From: an uncultured delta proteobacterium
Lineage (GTDB): Bacteria > Myxococcota_A > Polyangia > Polyangiales > Polyangiaceae
NCBI GenBank assembly: GCA_963806225.1
Contig: CAWDXG010000004.1
Coordinates: forward strand, 320,001-384,000
Direction of reading: 5' to 3'
Length of the DNA stretch: 64,000 bases
Under the pieces are notes generated by a model, which was not told the DNA's origin, made no database searches, and was given only the letters and a program-made list of their open reading frames with translations. The position numbers were made by a program, and so were the translations under genes. Shown piece by piece: positions 11,273 to 21,838 of the stretch; position 1 is the stretch's first letter; every line of letters begins with the position of its first letter.

Positions 11273-12421
11273 TTGCCCGGCTCGCGCGCACTCCTCGTCG
11301 TCGCGGGCGAGCCTTCCGGCGATGCGATGGCCGCACCGGTGGTGTCGCGGCTCGGCGTTCCTTCGTTCGGCATGGGCGGCCCCGCGCTCCGCGACGCAGG
11401 GCTCGAGCGGCTCGTGGATCTCTCGCGCGTCTCGGCCATGGGCTTCGGCGGAGTGCTGGCCCGGGCGCCGGCGATCGTCCGGGCAGGCTTGTGCCTGCTT
11501 CGCGCCGCGCGCCAGCGGCGGCCGCGCGCGGCGCTGCTGGTCGGCTACAGCGAGTTCAATGCCTGGCTGGGTCCGCGACTGAGGCGCCTTGGCATCCGCG
11601 TGCTCTGGTTCAGCCCGCCGCAGATCTGGGCCTGGCGATCGGCGCGCGGCCCGGCGCTGCGCCGTGCTTGTGATCGCATGGCGCTGATCCTGCCGTTCGA
11701 AGAGCCGCTCTGGCGCGCCCTCGGCGCGGATGCGCACTACGTCGGTCATCCCGCGATGGAACACGCGCCGGAGCCGCGCGCCGTGGTGCGCGAGCGCATC
11801 GGACTGACGCCCTGGGCGGAGTGCATCGCCGTCCTGCCCGGCAGCCGCCCGGCCGAGGTCTCGGCTCACCTCGTGCCCATGCTCGATGCGGTCCTCGCTC
11901 TGCGCGAGGAGCGCGGCGCGCTGGACGCGCGCGTGATCCTGGCTCCGGCGCTGCCGCCGCGCTCCGCACGCTGGGCCGCGGAGGTCGCACGCGCGAAAGG
12001 CGTGCCGCTGCTATCCGGCTGGCCGGCGGCCGAAGCGCTGCCCGCGTTCAACATCGCGCTCGCATCGAGCGGCACGGTCACGCTGGAGAGCGCCCTCGCG
12101 GGCGTGCCCCCCGTGATCGTCTACCGCACTGGAAAGTCCGGCGCGTTCATCGCCCGGCGGCTGGTCAGCGTGGAATCGATCGGGCTGCCCAACATCGTGC
12201 TGGGCGAGCGGGCCTTTGTCGAGCTATTGCAGGACGCCGTGACCGCCGAAGCCATGGCCCACGAAGCCCGGCGCCTGCTCGACGCCGGCGACCAGGCGTG
12301 CGTGCCCTGCCGGCGCGTGCGCGAGACGCTCCAGGCCGCGCTCGAGCTCGGCCCGGCTCCTGTCCCCGGCGATGGTCCCTCCGCGCGCGTCGCGCGACTG
12401 CTCGCGCCATGGCTGGACTGA
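11273..12421 (+). CDS. lpxB: Lipid-A-disaccharide synthase
   Basis: VVAGEPSGD, SPPQIWAWR, ILPFE, YVGHP, LPGSRPAEV, SGTVTLE, IGLPNIV. Confidence 0.93.
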   Translation: MPGSRALLVVAGEPSGDAMAAPVVSRLGVPSFGMGGPALRDAGLERLVDLSRVSAMGFGGVLARAPAIVRAGLCLLRAARQRRPRAALLVGYSEFNAWLGPRLRRLGIRVLWFSPPQIWAWRSARGPALRRACDRMALILPFEEPLWRALGADAHYVGHPAMEHAPEPRAVVRERIGLTPWAECIAVLPGSRPAEVSAHLVPMLDAVLALREERGALDARVILAPALPPRSARWAAEVARAKGVPLLSGWPAAEALPAFNIALASSGTVTLESALAGVPPVIVYRTGKSGAFIARRLVSVESIGLPNIVLGERAFVELLQDAVTAEAMAHEARRLLDAGDQACVPCRRVRETLQAALELGPAPVPGDGPSARVARLLAPWLD

Positions 12422-14001
12422 GACGACGCATCGAGCGCACCAAGGCCCGGAGCTCCACGCCCGCGCCCGCCCGGAAGCCCCGCCCCGTCGACGCGGACAC
12501 GCTGCGCGTGCTCCGGACCGCGCTGGTGGTCTCGGTGGCACTGTTCATGCTGCGGCTCGCCGTTTCCAGCGGCACTGGTTTCGGCGACGCCGAAGCGCTG
12601 TACGCCAGCTACGCGCTGCACCCGCAGCCGGTCTATCTCGATCACCCCGGGCTGATCGGATTCATCGCGCGCCTGCTCGGCGCGGGCGGCGCCCCGTCGC
12701 CGGCGCGCGCCCACGTCTTCACGACCGTCGTGGCAACACTGTTCCCGTGGCTGGGGGCGCTCGCGGCGCGCGCGGCGGGCGCGTCGTGGCGCGGCGCCTT
12801 CCGCACGGTGATCGGCCTCGCGCTGGTGCCAGAGTTCGCGATCGGGCTGTACGCCTTCGCTCCGGAGCTGCCGCTGGCCGTGGCGTGGATGGGCGCTCTC
12901 GCGCTGGCCGCCGTCGGTCTGCGCGCGAAGCCGGGCAGCAACCGCGCCATGTTCGGCATCCTGGGCGCGGGTGTGCTGGTCGGACTGTCCTGCCTGTCGC
13001 AGGCGAGCGGCGTGCTGCTCGGTCTCGCGCTCTTCATCGCGTTCCTGGCCAAGCCGGGACGCGCCCACTTCCGCACTCCCGCGCCCTGGGTCGCCATGCT
13101 TCTGGTGGGGATCCTGATCGCCCCCGCCGTGCGCTGGGAAGCGCACAACGGCTATCCCCTGCTCCACCACCGCCTGGTCGCCACGCAGGCGCACGCCGGA
13201 CTGTCGCTGCGCAATCTCGGCGCGCTCGTCGGCGGCCAGCTGCTGTACGTCACGCCGCCGTTCCTGATCGCCGCCTGGTTCCTGCTCCGTGACGTGTGGA
13301 AGACGCGCAAGGACGACCCCGTTTCGCACCTGCTCTGGATCGCCACGGTGGTTCCCGGCGCAGCGCTCGTCGTCCTGTGCCTGTGGTCGCGCGTCGCGGA
13401 GCCGCACTGGCTCGCTCCGGCGTACCTGCCGCTCGGTATCCAGCTCGGCCGTTCCGACGTGGTGGGGCGAAAGCTCGCGCTAGGCTCGGTGATCACCGGG
13501 GCGGCCATCGCGGCGCTGGCCTGGGTCTGGATCAAGACGGACCTGCCCATCGAACTGATGGGTTCGCACTACCGCGCACGCTACGACCTGGCGAACGACC
13601 TGTACACCTGGGGCCCGGCGCGGCAGCTGCTCGACGACGCGGTCGAGACCAGCATGATCGACAGCGCGCACCTGCCCGTGGTCGTGGGGCCGCACTGGGT
13701 CGTGTGCGCGCAGGCGCAAGCCGCCGTCGGGAACAAGGTGCCCGTCGGCTGCAACACGCCGATGCGCGACGACTTCGACCGCTGGTATCCGCGCAAGCGC
13801 TGGCTCGACGCGCCCGTCATCCTGTACGTCACGGACAGCCGCTTCCACATCGATCCGGCAAAGGAGCTGCCCAACCGCACCGTCAAGAGCATCAGCCGCG
13901 TCGCGATCCGCCGCGGCGGCCACGTGGTGCGCACCGTTCGCATCATCCGGCTGGACAAGGCCAGCGACGTGGGGCTCCTACACAGACCGACGCGACGCTA
14001 G
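12409..14001 (+). CDS. GT-C (family 39/ArnT-like) membrane glycosyltransferase
   Basis: GDAEALY..YALHPQPVYLDHPGL motif, many TM segments; ATG at 12409 overlaps the lpxB end. Confidence 0.8.
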   Translation: MAGLRRRIERTKARSSTPAPARKPRPVDADTLRVLRTALVVSVALFMLRLAVSSGTGFGDAEALYASYALHPQPVYLDHPGLIGFIARLLGAGGAPSPARAHVFTTVVATLFPWLGALAARAAGASWRGAFRTVIGLALVPEFAIGLYAFAPELPLAVAWMGALALAAVGLRAKPGSNRAMFGILGAGVLVGLSCLSQASGVLLGLALFIAFLAKPGRAHFRTPAPWVAMLLVGILIAPAVRWEAHNGYPLLHHRLVATQAHAGLSLRNLGALVGGQLLYVTPPFLIAAWFLLRDVWKTRKDDPVSHLLWIATVVPGAALVVLCLWSRVAEPHWLAPAYLPLGIQLGRSDVVGRKLALGSVITGAAIAALAWVWIKTDLPIELMGSHYRARYDLANDLYTWGPARQLLDDAVETSMIDSAHLPVVVGPHWVVCAQAQAAVGNKVPVGCNTPMRDDFDRWYPRKRWLDAPVILYVTDSRFHIDPAKELPNRTVKSISRVAIRRGGHVVRTVRIIRLDKASDVGLLHRPTRR

Positions 14002-15347
14002 AGCGATCCCATCTGCATCGGCGCCTCGTCGAAGCCCATGTTCAGGATCGGGCTCCACTCGAGCACGCCGTCGTCGGCGTGGTTCAACAGGCCAATCTGC
14101 AGACCGCGCAGCCGCTTGGCGTGATTGAACAGACCGATCTGCACACCGTTCGCCTTCTCGCTGATGTTGGCCAGGCCGATCTGCACACCGTGCACGGTCT
14201 TCGCATAGTTGGCGGCGCCGATCTGGGCTCCCGTGTGTTCCTCCAGAGCCAGGTTGACCCCGCCGATCTGCGCGCCGTACGAGCGCTCGGCCGCCACGCC
14301 CGCGCCGATCTGCGCGAGCCCGCGGAAGGTCTTCGCGCCCGCGAACACGCCTACCTGCACACCGCCACTGAAGTCGCGGCTGGCATCGACGACGCCCACC
14401 TGCGCGAGCCCGCGAAACGCATTGGCGTAGTTGTTCACGCCGAACTGCCCGAGCGCCCACAGCTCCGTGTCGTCACCGCCATGTTCCTTGTAGAGCTTCT
14501 TGCCCTGGGCGTTGAACGCCCCGATCTGCGCCAGCCCGACGAAGTCGCCCTGCGTGCGGTTGTAGCCGCCGAGCTGGAGCGCACCGGAGAACGAATCGTC
14601 GACGCGGTTGTGACCGCCGATCTGCGTCAACCCGACGAAATCGCCCTGCGAACGATTGTAGGCGCCGAGCTGCAGCGCGCCGCCGAACGAGTCGCCGGCG
14701 CGATTGTAGCCACCGATCTGCACCAGCCCGACGAAGCTCCGCGCGCGGGTGTAGGCCGCGATCTGGAACAGCCCGCGGAAGTCCACGCTCCGGCTGTAGC
14801 CGACCGCGTACTGGCCGAGCCCGTAGAAGTGGCGCGCGCGGTTCTCGCCCAGCGACAGCTGCGTCAGGCCGCCGAAGTCGTCCGACAGGTTCCTGCCGAG
14901 CGACAGCTGGGCCAGGCCGTAGTGGCTGCCCGCGTCGTTGCGGATCAGCGCCAGCGACGCCACGCCGTAGAACCGCTCCGTGCGGCTCTGCGCCGCAGCC
15001 AGCGTGGCCACGCCGATGAACGTGTCGACGTGGGAGCGCAATCCGAGACCCAGCACGTACCAGTTCGACGGTGCGTCACGGGCCACCACGAGGTCGGGTC
15101 GGGGCGAGTAGCAACCCGGGGCGGCGCACTCCCGCCGGTCGACCGGCACGGCGTGATCGCGGTGCTCCGCGGCCTGTCTGTAGCCACCGTTCGACGGCGC
15201 GCCACCCGGCGCGGCTCCCTCGACCATCACCGACGCACCCGCGGGGCGCGTCCCGATATCGTCTTCCGCCGGCGCCTTGGCCGCCGCAGGCGCCGCCAGC
15301 GCCATCCACCCCACCACGTTCAGTGCCACAATTGCCTTGGTTCGCAT
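13998..15347 (-). CDS. Secreted surface protein with G(L/V)QIG repeats (LA_2272-like)
   Basis: Signal peptide MRTKAIVALNVVGW...; repeated GLAQIG/GALQLG/GVQIGLAN units; ends in ILNMGF. Confidence 0.8.
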   Translation of the reverse strand: MRTKAIVALNVVGWMALAAPAAAKAPAEDDIGTRPAGASVMVEGAAPGGAPSNGGYRQAAEHRDHAVPVDRRECAAPGCYSPRPDLVVARDAPSNWYVLGLGLRSHVDTFIGVATLAAAQSRTERFYGVASLALIRNDAGSHYGLAQLSLGRNLSDDFGGLTQLSLGENRARHFYGLGQYAVGYSRSVDFRGLFQIAAYTRARSFVGLVQIGGYNRAGDSFGGALQLGAYNRSQGDFVGLTQIGGHNRVDDSFSGALQLGGYNRTQGDFVGLAQIGAFNAQGKKLYKEHGGDDTELWALGQFGVNNYANAFRGLAQVGVVDASRDFSGGVQVGVFAGAKTFRGLAQIGAGVAAERSYGAQIGGVNLALEEHTGAQIGAANYAKTVHGVQIGLANISEKANGVQIGLFNHAKRLRGLQIGLLNHADDGVLEWSPILNMGFDEAPMQMGSL

Positions 15348-15424
15348 GACCCCCGGAAAACGCCTCGCCGCCCCCCGGCTTACACTCCGTCGCGCCGGAC
15401 GCGCCGGACGCGCCGGACAGCCGT

Positions 15425-15900
15425 CGCGACGGACCGCGTCGGGCGCGACGGACCGCGTCGGGCGCGACGGACCGCGTCGGGCGCGACGGACCGCGTCGGG
15501 CGCGACGGACCGCGTCGGGCGCGACGGACCGCGTCGAGCGCGACGGACCGCGTCGGGCGCGACGGACCGCGTCGGGCGCGACGGACCGCGTCGGGCGCGA
15601 CGGACCGCGTCGAGCGCGACGGACCGCGTCGAGCGCGACGGACCGCGTCGGGCGCGACGGACCGCGTCGGGCGCGACGGACCGCGTCGGGCGCGACGGAC
15701 CGCGTCGGGCGCGACGGACCGCGTCGAGCGCGACGGACCGCGTCGGGCGCGACGGACCGCGTCGGGCGCGACGGACCGCGTCGGGCGCGACGGACCGCGT
15801 CGGGCGCGACGGACCGCGTCGGGCGCGACGGACCGCGTCGAGCGCGACGGACCGCGTCGGGCGCGACGGACCGCGTCGGACGCGACGGACCGCGTCGAGC
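15425..15900. repeat. 19-bp minisatellite CGCGACGGACCGCGTCG(G/A)G, about 25 copies
   Basis: Read directly; each unit holds a CGACG/CGTCG inverted pair. Confidence 0.97.
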
Positions 15901-16042
15901 CCCCCCGCCCGCAGCGGAGCGAGGGCTTGGGGGGCTCGGCCGCCCGCAGCCCGCCAGCGACGACACTGCATCTGCCCAACACCGGGCAGCGCGCGGGCGA
16001 GGACGGACGCAGGGGGGCAACCCCAAGCCCGCCCCGCGATCG

Positions 16043-16595
16043 CCGACATTTCCGGAGACATAACCGGTTATGCCCGACCAGATGTCGCCCTACGGCACCC
16101 CCGCGCCCCCCCGGACGACATTTCCGGAGACATAACCGGTTATGCCCGACCAGATGTCGGCGCGCCGTGTTGTGCCGCGCGCGTCGGACGACACATCCGG
16201 CGACATAACCGGTTATGCCCGACCAGATGTCGCCCTACGGCGCCCCCGCGCCCCCCCGGACGACATTTCCGGAGACATAACCGGTTATGCCCGACCAGAT
16301 GTCGCCCTACGGCGCCCCCGCGCCGACCCGGACGACATTTCCGGAGACATAACCGGTTATGCCCGACCAGATGTCGCCCTACGGCGCCCCCGCGCCGCCC
16401 CGGACGACATTTCCGGAGACATAACCGGTTATGCCCGACCAGATGTCGCCCTACGGCGCCCCCGCGCCGACCCGGACGACATTTCCGGAGACATAACCGG
16501 TTATGCCCGACCAGATGTCGGCGCGCCGTGTTGTGACGGCGCGTCGGGCGACGCATCGGGCGACATAACCGGTTATGCCCGGCGAAATGTCGCCC
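16043..16595. repeat. Array 1: 8 units of 72-73 bp with palindromic core CATAACCGGTTATG (REP-like; GTAG on minus strand)
   Basis: Cores at 16059, 16131, 16204, 16276, 16348, 16420, 16492, 16564; units end in TGTCGCCCTAC, the reverse complement of GTAGGGCGACA. Confidence 0.95.
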
Positions 16596-16639
16596 GACGG
16601 CGCGCCGCAATGGGCGAGCGCACCCGCCCCGCAATTCGC

Positions 16640-17599
16640 TCAGGCCGGCGGCTGGGCGCGCAGGCCGGCGGCTTCGATCAGGCTCGCGTCCTCGTTGGGC
16701 CCCGGATTGGGCGTGGTGAGCAGCTTGTCGCCGTAGAAGATGCTGTTGGCGCCGGCGTACATGCACATGAGCTGCGCTTCGCGCGGCAGATCGGTGCGGC
16801 CCGCGCTGAGGCGGACCTTCGAGCGCGGCATCATGATGCGCGCCAGCGCGATCATGCGCACGAGCTCGAGCGGATCGATGGGCGGCAATGCGGCGAGCGG
16901 CGTCCCTTCCACACGGACCAGAGCGTTGACAGGAACGCTCTCCGGATGCGGCTCGAGGCGCGCCAGCTCGATCAACATGGCGCAGCGATCGTCGATGCCC
17001 TCGCCCATGCCGATGATGCCGCCGGAGCAGACGGTGATGCCGGCTTCGCGCACGTTCTTCAGCGTTGCCAGGCGCTCGTCGAAGTTCCGCGTGGAGATGA
17101 TCGACTTGTAGTACTCGCGCGAGGTGTCGAGGTTGTGGTTGTAGGACGTGAGCCCTGCTTCCTTGAGCTGCACGGCCTGCTCGGGGCCGAGCATGCCGAG
17201 CGTGACGCAGGCCTCCAGGCCGAGCTCGCGCACGCCGCGCACCATGTCGAGCACGCGCTCGAAGGCCGGGCCGTCCTTCACCTCGCGCCAGGCTGCGCCC
17301 ATGCAGAAGCGCGTGGCGCCGTGCTCTTTCGCCGTGCGCGCCGCGGCGAGCACCTCGTCGACCTTCATCATCGCCTCGCCCTTCACGGGCGCCTTGTGGT
17401 GCGACGACTGCGGGCAGTACGAACAATCCTCCGGACAGCCGCCGGTCTTCACGCTCAGCAAGGTGCACAGCTGCACCTCGTTCACCGGGTGGTGCGCGAC
17501 GTGCACGACGCGCGACCGGTCGATAAGCTGGAAGAGCGGCAGATCGTGGATGGCGCGCACCTCGGCGAGCGTCCAGTCGTGGCGGAGGTCGGTAGACAT
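16640..17599 (-). CDS. bioB: Biotin synthase
   Basis: [15 protein letters not shown] radical SAM motif, [48 protein letters not shown]. Confidence 0.98.
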   Translation of the reverse strand: MSTDLRHDWTLAEVRAIHDLPLFQLIDRSRVVHVAHHPVNEVQLCTLLSVKTGGCPEDCSYCPQSSHHKAPVKGEAMMKVDEVLAAARTAKEHGATRFCMGAAWREVKDGPAFERVLDMVRGVRELGLEACVTLGMLGPEQAVQLKEAGLTSYNHNLDTSREYYKSIISTRNFDERLATLKNVREAGITVCSGGIIGMGEGIDDRCAMLIELARLEPHPESVPVNALVRVEGTPLAALPPIDPLELVRMIALARIMMPRSKVRLSAGRTDLPREAQLMCMYAGANSIFYGDKLLTTPNPGPNEDASLIEAAGLRAQPPA

Positions 17600-17681
17600 C
17601 GGAGCGCTGTATACCAGATGCGCGGGCGCGGGGTGTTCGGGTATTTCGCGCGGCACCGCACGCTTCGCGGCGTGCACGCTG

Positions 17682-18470
17682 CTACGCGGCGCGCAGACGG
17701 CGGAATCGTGGCGCAGTGCGCAGACGCTCGTCGCCGAGACAGAGCAGCCCGGCGCGAAGCAGCTCCGGCGCGGGTCGCCGCGTCCAGCGCGTGACCGTGT
17801 CGGGCGAGATTCCGAGCTCCGCAGCGATGACGCGGCGCGGATGACCCACGTGCGCCGCGACGAGAGCGAACAGCCTGCGCCGGGTTACGTCCTCCGTCGC
17901 GGCGCAGCTCACGGCCCGCGCAATCTCGTCGAGCGTGCCCCCGGTCGCGAGAAGCGGCAGCGGCGAGCCGTCGACCGCGACGCTGGGGTCGGACGAGACG
18001 TAGCGGTGGAACCACTCCACGAACCCCTCGTCGGGACGACCGAGCGCAACAGCGAGTTCCACCGGCGTCACCCACGGATCGGCGCGCGCGCCGATCACGT
18101 CGCGATGGGTCGACCACAGCCAGCTCGCCGGGTCGCCCACGAAGCCCGCGCGCACGGGGTTCAGGAGCGCGTAGCGCATCTGCCGCTCGAGCTTGTCGTC
18201 GCCCAGCACCGGAAGCGGCGGCGGCACGGGCTGCCACTGCGGACCGGCGCCGAGCTCCCGCGCGAACGCACCGAGCTGATAGCCGACCAACCGCCGCAGA
18301 GCGTCCGCCGAAGCTGCGTGCACCAACACGTGCAGATGATCCGGCATGAGGCACGCCGCCAAGACGTGCTCGAACATGCGCCGCAGCCGCCACCACAACG
18401 CCCAGCAAGCATCCGCATCGGACAGCGGGCGGCGGGCTGCAGCGGCATGAGCGGTGACATGGAAGACCAT
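17682..18470 (-). CDS. REP-associated tyrosine transposase (RAYT/TnpA-REP; Y1 HUH nuclease) with C-terminal HTH-like segment
   Basis: [16 protein letters not shown] (HUH), [11 protein letters not shown] (catalytic Tyr + NP), WLWSTH, then [16 protein letters not shown]; start uncertain. Confidence 0.85.
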   Translation of the reverse strand: MVFHVTAHAAAARRPLSDADACWALWWRLRRMFEHVLAACLMPDHLHVLVHAASADALRRLVGYQLGAFARELGAGPQWQPVPPPLPVLGDDKLERQMRYALLNPVRAGFVGDPASWLWSTHRDVIGARADPWVTPVELAVALGRPDEGFVEWFHRYVSSDPSVAVDGSPLPLLATGGTLDEIARAVSCAATEDVTRRRLFALVAAHVGHPRRVIAAELGISPDTVTRWTRRPAPELLRAGLLCLGDERLRTAPRFRRLRAA

Positions 18471-18665
18471 GTCCTCCCATCGGTCTCGCGCGAGCGGAGT
18501 TGCGTTCCAACGCGCTGACAGCTCTTCTTGGGTTGCCCCCCACGCGCCACGTCGATTCACGATGCGCCGTGCTCGCTGCCGCTGCGCGCGGCGCAGGGCC
18601 CCCAAACCCGGCCGCTCCGCGCCCGGCCGGGGGCCCACGCCGTCACAACGTCACAACACGGTGAG

Positions 18666-19439
18666 CCGACACTTCGACCCCACATAACCGGTTATGTCCC
18701 CGGGATTTGTCGCCCGCGGGGGCGCAGGAGCGCCGTAGGGCGACATTTCGCCGAGCATAACCGGTTATGTCCCCGGATTTGTCGCCCGCGGGGGCGCGGG
18801 GGCGCCGTAGGGCGACATTTCGCCGAGCATAACCGGTTATGTCCCCGGAATTGTCGCCCGCGGCGCCCTGGCGCGGCAGCAGGCCGACACTTCGGCCCCA
18901 CATAACCGGTTATGTCCCCGGATTTGTCGCCCGCGGCGCCCTGACGCGGCAGCAGGCCGACACTTCGGCCCCACATAACCGGTTATGTCCCCGGAATTGT
19001 CGCCCGCGGCGCCCTGACGCGGCAGCAGGCCGACACTTCGGCCCCACATAACCGGTTATGTCCCCGGATTTGTCGCCCGCGGGGGCGCGGGGGCGCCGTA
19101 GGGCGACATTTCGCCGAGCATAACCGGTTATGTCCCCGGATTTGTCGCCCGCGGGGGCGCGGGAGCGCCGTAGGGCGACATTTCGCCGAGCATAACCGGT
19201 TATGTCGCCGGATTTGTCGCCCGCGGCGCCCTGACGCGGCAGCAGGCCGACACTTCGGCCCCACATAACCGGTTATGTCCCCGGATTTGTCGCCCGCGGG
19301 GGCGCGGGGGCGCCGTAGGGCGACATTTCGCCGAGCATAACCGGTTATGTCCCCGGATTTTTCGCCCGCGGCGCCCTGGCGCGGCAGCAGGCCGACACTT
19401 CGGCCCCACATATCCGGTTATGTCCCCGGGAATTGTCGC
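18666..19439. repeat. Array 2: 11 units of 72-73 bp with core CATAACCGGTTATG (REP-like; GTAG/GCAG on plus strand)
   Basis: Cores at 18683, 18756, 18828, 18901, 18974, 19047, 19119, 19191, 19264, 19336, 19409 (last has one mismatch); two unit types. Confidence 0.95.
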
Positions 19440-19992
19440 GCGCTTCGCCCCACGCGCTTCGCCCCACGCGCTTCGCCCCACGCGCGTCGCCCCACGCGCG
19501 TCGCCCCACGCGCGTCGCCCCACGCGCTTCGCCCCACGCGCGTCGCCCCACGCGCTTCGCCCCACGCGCTTCGCCCCACGCGCGTCGCCCCACGCGCGTC
19601 GCCCCACGCGCGTCGCCCCACGCGCGTCGCCCCGCGCGCTTCGCCCCGCGCGCTTCGCCCCGCGCGCGTCGCCCCACGCGCTTCGCCCCGCGCGCTTCGC
19701 CCCACGCGCGTTCGCCCCACGCGCTTCGCCCCACGCGCTTCGCCCCACGCGCTTCGCCCCACGCGCGTCGCCCCACGCGCTTCGCCCCACGCGCTTCGCC
19801 CCACGCGCTTCGCCCCACGCGCTTCGCCCCGCGCGCTTCGCCCCGCGCGCTTCGCCCCGCGCGCTTCGCCCCGCGCGCTTCGCCCCACGCGCTTCGCCCC
19901 ACGCGCTTCGCCCCACGCGCGTCGCCCCGCGCGCTTCGCCCCGCGCGTCGCCGCGCGCGCGTCGCCCCGCGCGCTTCGCCCCGCGCGTCGCC
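19440..19992. repeat. 14-bp minisatellite CGCCCC(A/G)CGCGC(T/G)T, about 39 copies
   Basis: Read directly; abuts array 2. Confidence 0.97.
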
Positions 19993-20007
19993 GCACACAA
20001 TCGCGCG

Positions 20008-21087
20008 CTAGAACCCGATCGCCAGCCGCGCCGTCTCGCGATCCAGCCGCCCCGCGGTCATCAGCTTGCGGACGCTCATCTCGAAGGTCTGCATGCCGTA
20101 GGGATGCTCCCCCTGCTCCATCAGCTCCTTGAGCGAGGGATTGCCGACCGGACGCTTGATGCTCTCGCGCACCGAGCCCGTGGCGACCAGCACTTCCGCG
20201 GCGAGCACCACGCCCTGCGTGTCGGCGCGGGGTAGCAGCCGGTGCGCGATAACGCCCTGGAACACGTCGCCCAGGCGCTCGCGCAGATCCTCGGGGTCGC
20301 CCTCTGCCAGAGCGATGATGCGATTCATGGTGCGCGCCACGTCCGGCGTGTGCAGCGTGCTGAGCACGAGGTGCCCCGTCTCGGCCGCCTTGAGCGCGAT
20401 CTCCATCGTCTCCGGGTCGCGGATCTCGCCCACCTGGATCACATCGGGGTCCTGCCTCAGCGATGCTCGCAGCGCGCTGGCGAAGCTGTGCGTGTCGAGG
20501 CCGATCTCGCGCTGGCTGATCGAGCAGTGATCGTCGGTGTGCAGGTACTCGATCGGGTCCTCGATGGTGATGATGTGGCGGGACATGTTGTGGTTCATGT
20601 GCCCGACCATCGCCGCCAGCGTGCTGCTCTTGCCGTTGCCCGCCGCGCCGACGCACAGCACCAATCCGCGATCCTTCTCCGCGAGGTCCAGACACGCCGA
20701 GGGCGACCCGAGCTCCTCGAAGGTCGGCACGTCGAACGGGATGATGCGCATCACGATCGCGAGCGTGCCGCGCTGCCGGTAGACATTGACGCGGAAGCGC
20801 CCGACGCCGGGCACGGCGTACGACGTGTCGTACTCGTCCAGCGAACCGAGCTTGTCCAGCACCTCCGGGTCCTTGATCAGGTGCCGTGCGACGGCCTCGG
20901 TGTCCTGCGGCTTGATCTTGTCGACCCTGAAGTAGACCAGCGACTCGCGCACGCGCGCCCCCGGCGGCTGCCCCACCTTCAGATGCACGTCGCGCGCCCC
21001 CGCCGCCGACGCCTTGCCAAGCAGCTGATGGAGATACTGCTCGGAGGCGTAGGGATTGCCGGTATTGCCGGGCGCCAGGCTGACCAC
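20008..21087 (-). CDS. PilT/PilU-family type IV pilus ATPase
   Basis: DVHLKVG.PP, GRFRVNVYRQRG, GAAGNGKSST Walker A, ITIEDPIEY, LRQDPDVIQVGEIRD, AAETGHLVLSTLHT. Confidence 0.93.
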   Translation of the reverse strand: MVSLAPGNTGNPYASEQYLHQLLGKASAAGARDVHLKVGQPPGARVRESLVYFRVDKIKPQDTEAVARHLIKDPEVLDKLGSLDEYDTSYAVPGVGRFRVNVYRQRGTLAIVMRIIPFDVPTFEELGSPSACLDLAEKDRGLVLCVGAAGNGKSSTLAAMVGHMNHNMSRHIITIEDPIEYLHTDDHCSISQREIGLDTHSFASALRASLRQDPDVIQVGEIRDPETMEIALKAAETGHLVLSTLHTPDVARTMNRIIALAEGDPEDLRERLGDVFQGVIAHRLLPRADTQGVVLAAEVLVATGSVRESIKRPVGNPSLKELMEQGEHPYGMQTFEMSVRKLMTAGRLDRETARLAIGF

Positions 21088-21125
21088 GGCCGGATAGTAG
21101 CCGGCTTCGAACCGATTTTCGCGAT

Positions 21126-21719
21126 CTAGAGCCGCTCGCGCAGCATGGCCCGCGCGCTCGCCGCGAGATCCCGCTCGTGGGGCGTTAGATCGGCGTTCTT
21201 TTCCAGCCTTTCGAGCACCGGAGCGCAGCTCCGCATGCCTTCCGGATCGAGCGCCTCGACGGGCCGCGGGGGCTCGGCGATCACGGCCTGAATCGCGCCG
21301 AGGACGGGGGCGATCTGCCGCGGCGCGCCATCGCGCAGGATCCGGCACAGCCGCGGCAACGCGAGCTCCGCGTCGTGCGCGCCCGGCAGCGCGCGCAGTG
21401 CCGTCAGTGCCAGCGTGCCCCCCGCCTCCACGCCCTGCATGAGCCCGGCCGCGCCCTCGCGCTCGGCCAACCGCTGCAGATCGATCGCGGCACCGCCGGC
21501 CGCCTGCTTCCAGAGCTTGTCCTTCGCGAGCGGCGTCGGCTGGTGGGGCGGACCGGGCCGCAGATCCGGCACCGGCCCACCCGTCGCTCCAGGCCTGGCG
21601 GGTGCGTTTCTTGCAGCTGCCGGCGCACCGATCGGGCCGGCGCCAGCGTGTTGCTGGCTGTGACAGCCGGCAAGCGCCGGCGCCACGGCGATCCAGAGCC
21701 AGCACAGGGAGCGCGACAC
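21126..21719 (-). CDS. Hypothetical lipoprotein
   Basis: LAGC lipobox after GTG at 21719; helical C-terminal part. Confidence 0.6.
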   Translation of the reverse strand: MSRSLCWLWIAVAPALAGCHSQQHAGAGPIGAPAAARNAPARPGATGGPVPDLRPGPPHQPTPLAKDKLWKQAAGGAAIDLQRLAEREGAAGLMQGVEAGGTLALTALRALPGAHDAELALPRLCRILRDGAPRQIAPVLGAIQAVIAEPPRPVEALDPEGMRSCAPVLERLEKNADLTPHERDLAASARAMLRERL

Positions 21720-21838
21720 CGCCCGAGCTTCTACGCGGGTCTGTCCCACCGGGCAAATCCGCGATCGGTGGCGGCGCCGACCCGGCCGGGCTATTCCCCG
21801 GCGGGGACGAACAGACCGCGTGTGGAGGGACCCGCTTG

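Noticed and set aside
15076..16536. Long repetitive ORFs across the repeat arrays (also 18528-20235, 23681-26187, 45853-47428)
   Set aside because: The repeats are stop-poor, so several frames are open; there is no RBS or domain support and some periods are not multiples of 3
17682..18470. IS200/IS605 element with TnpB
   Set aside because: No tnpB or IS-type ends are seen; the motifs and flanking GTAG palindromes fit RAYT better
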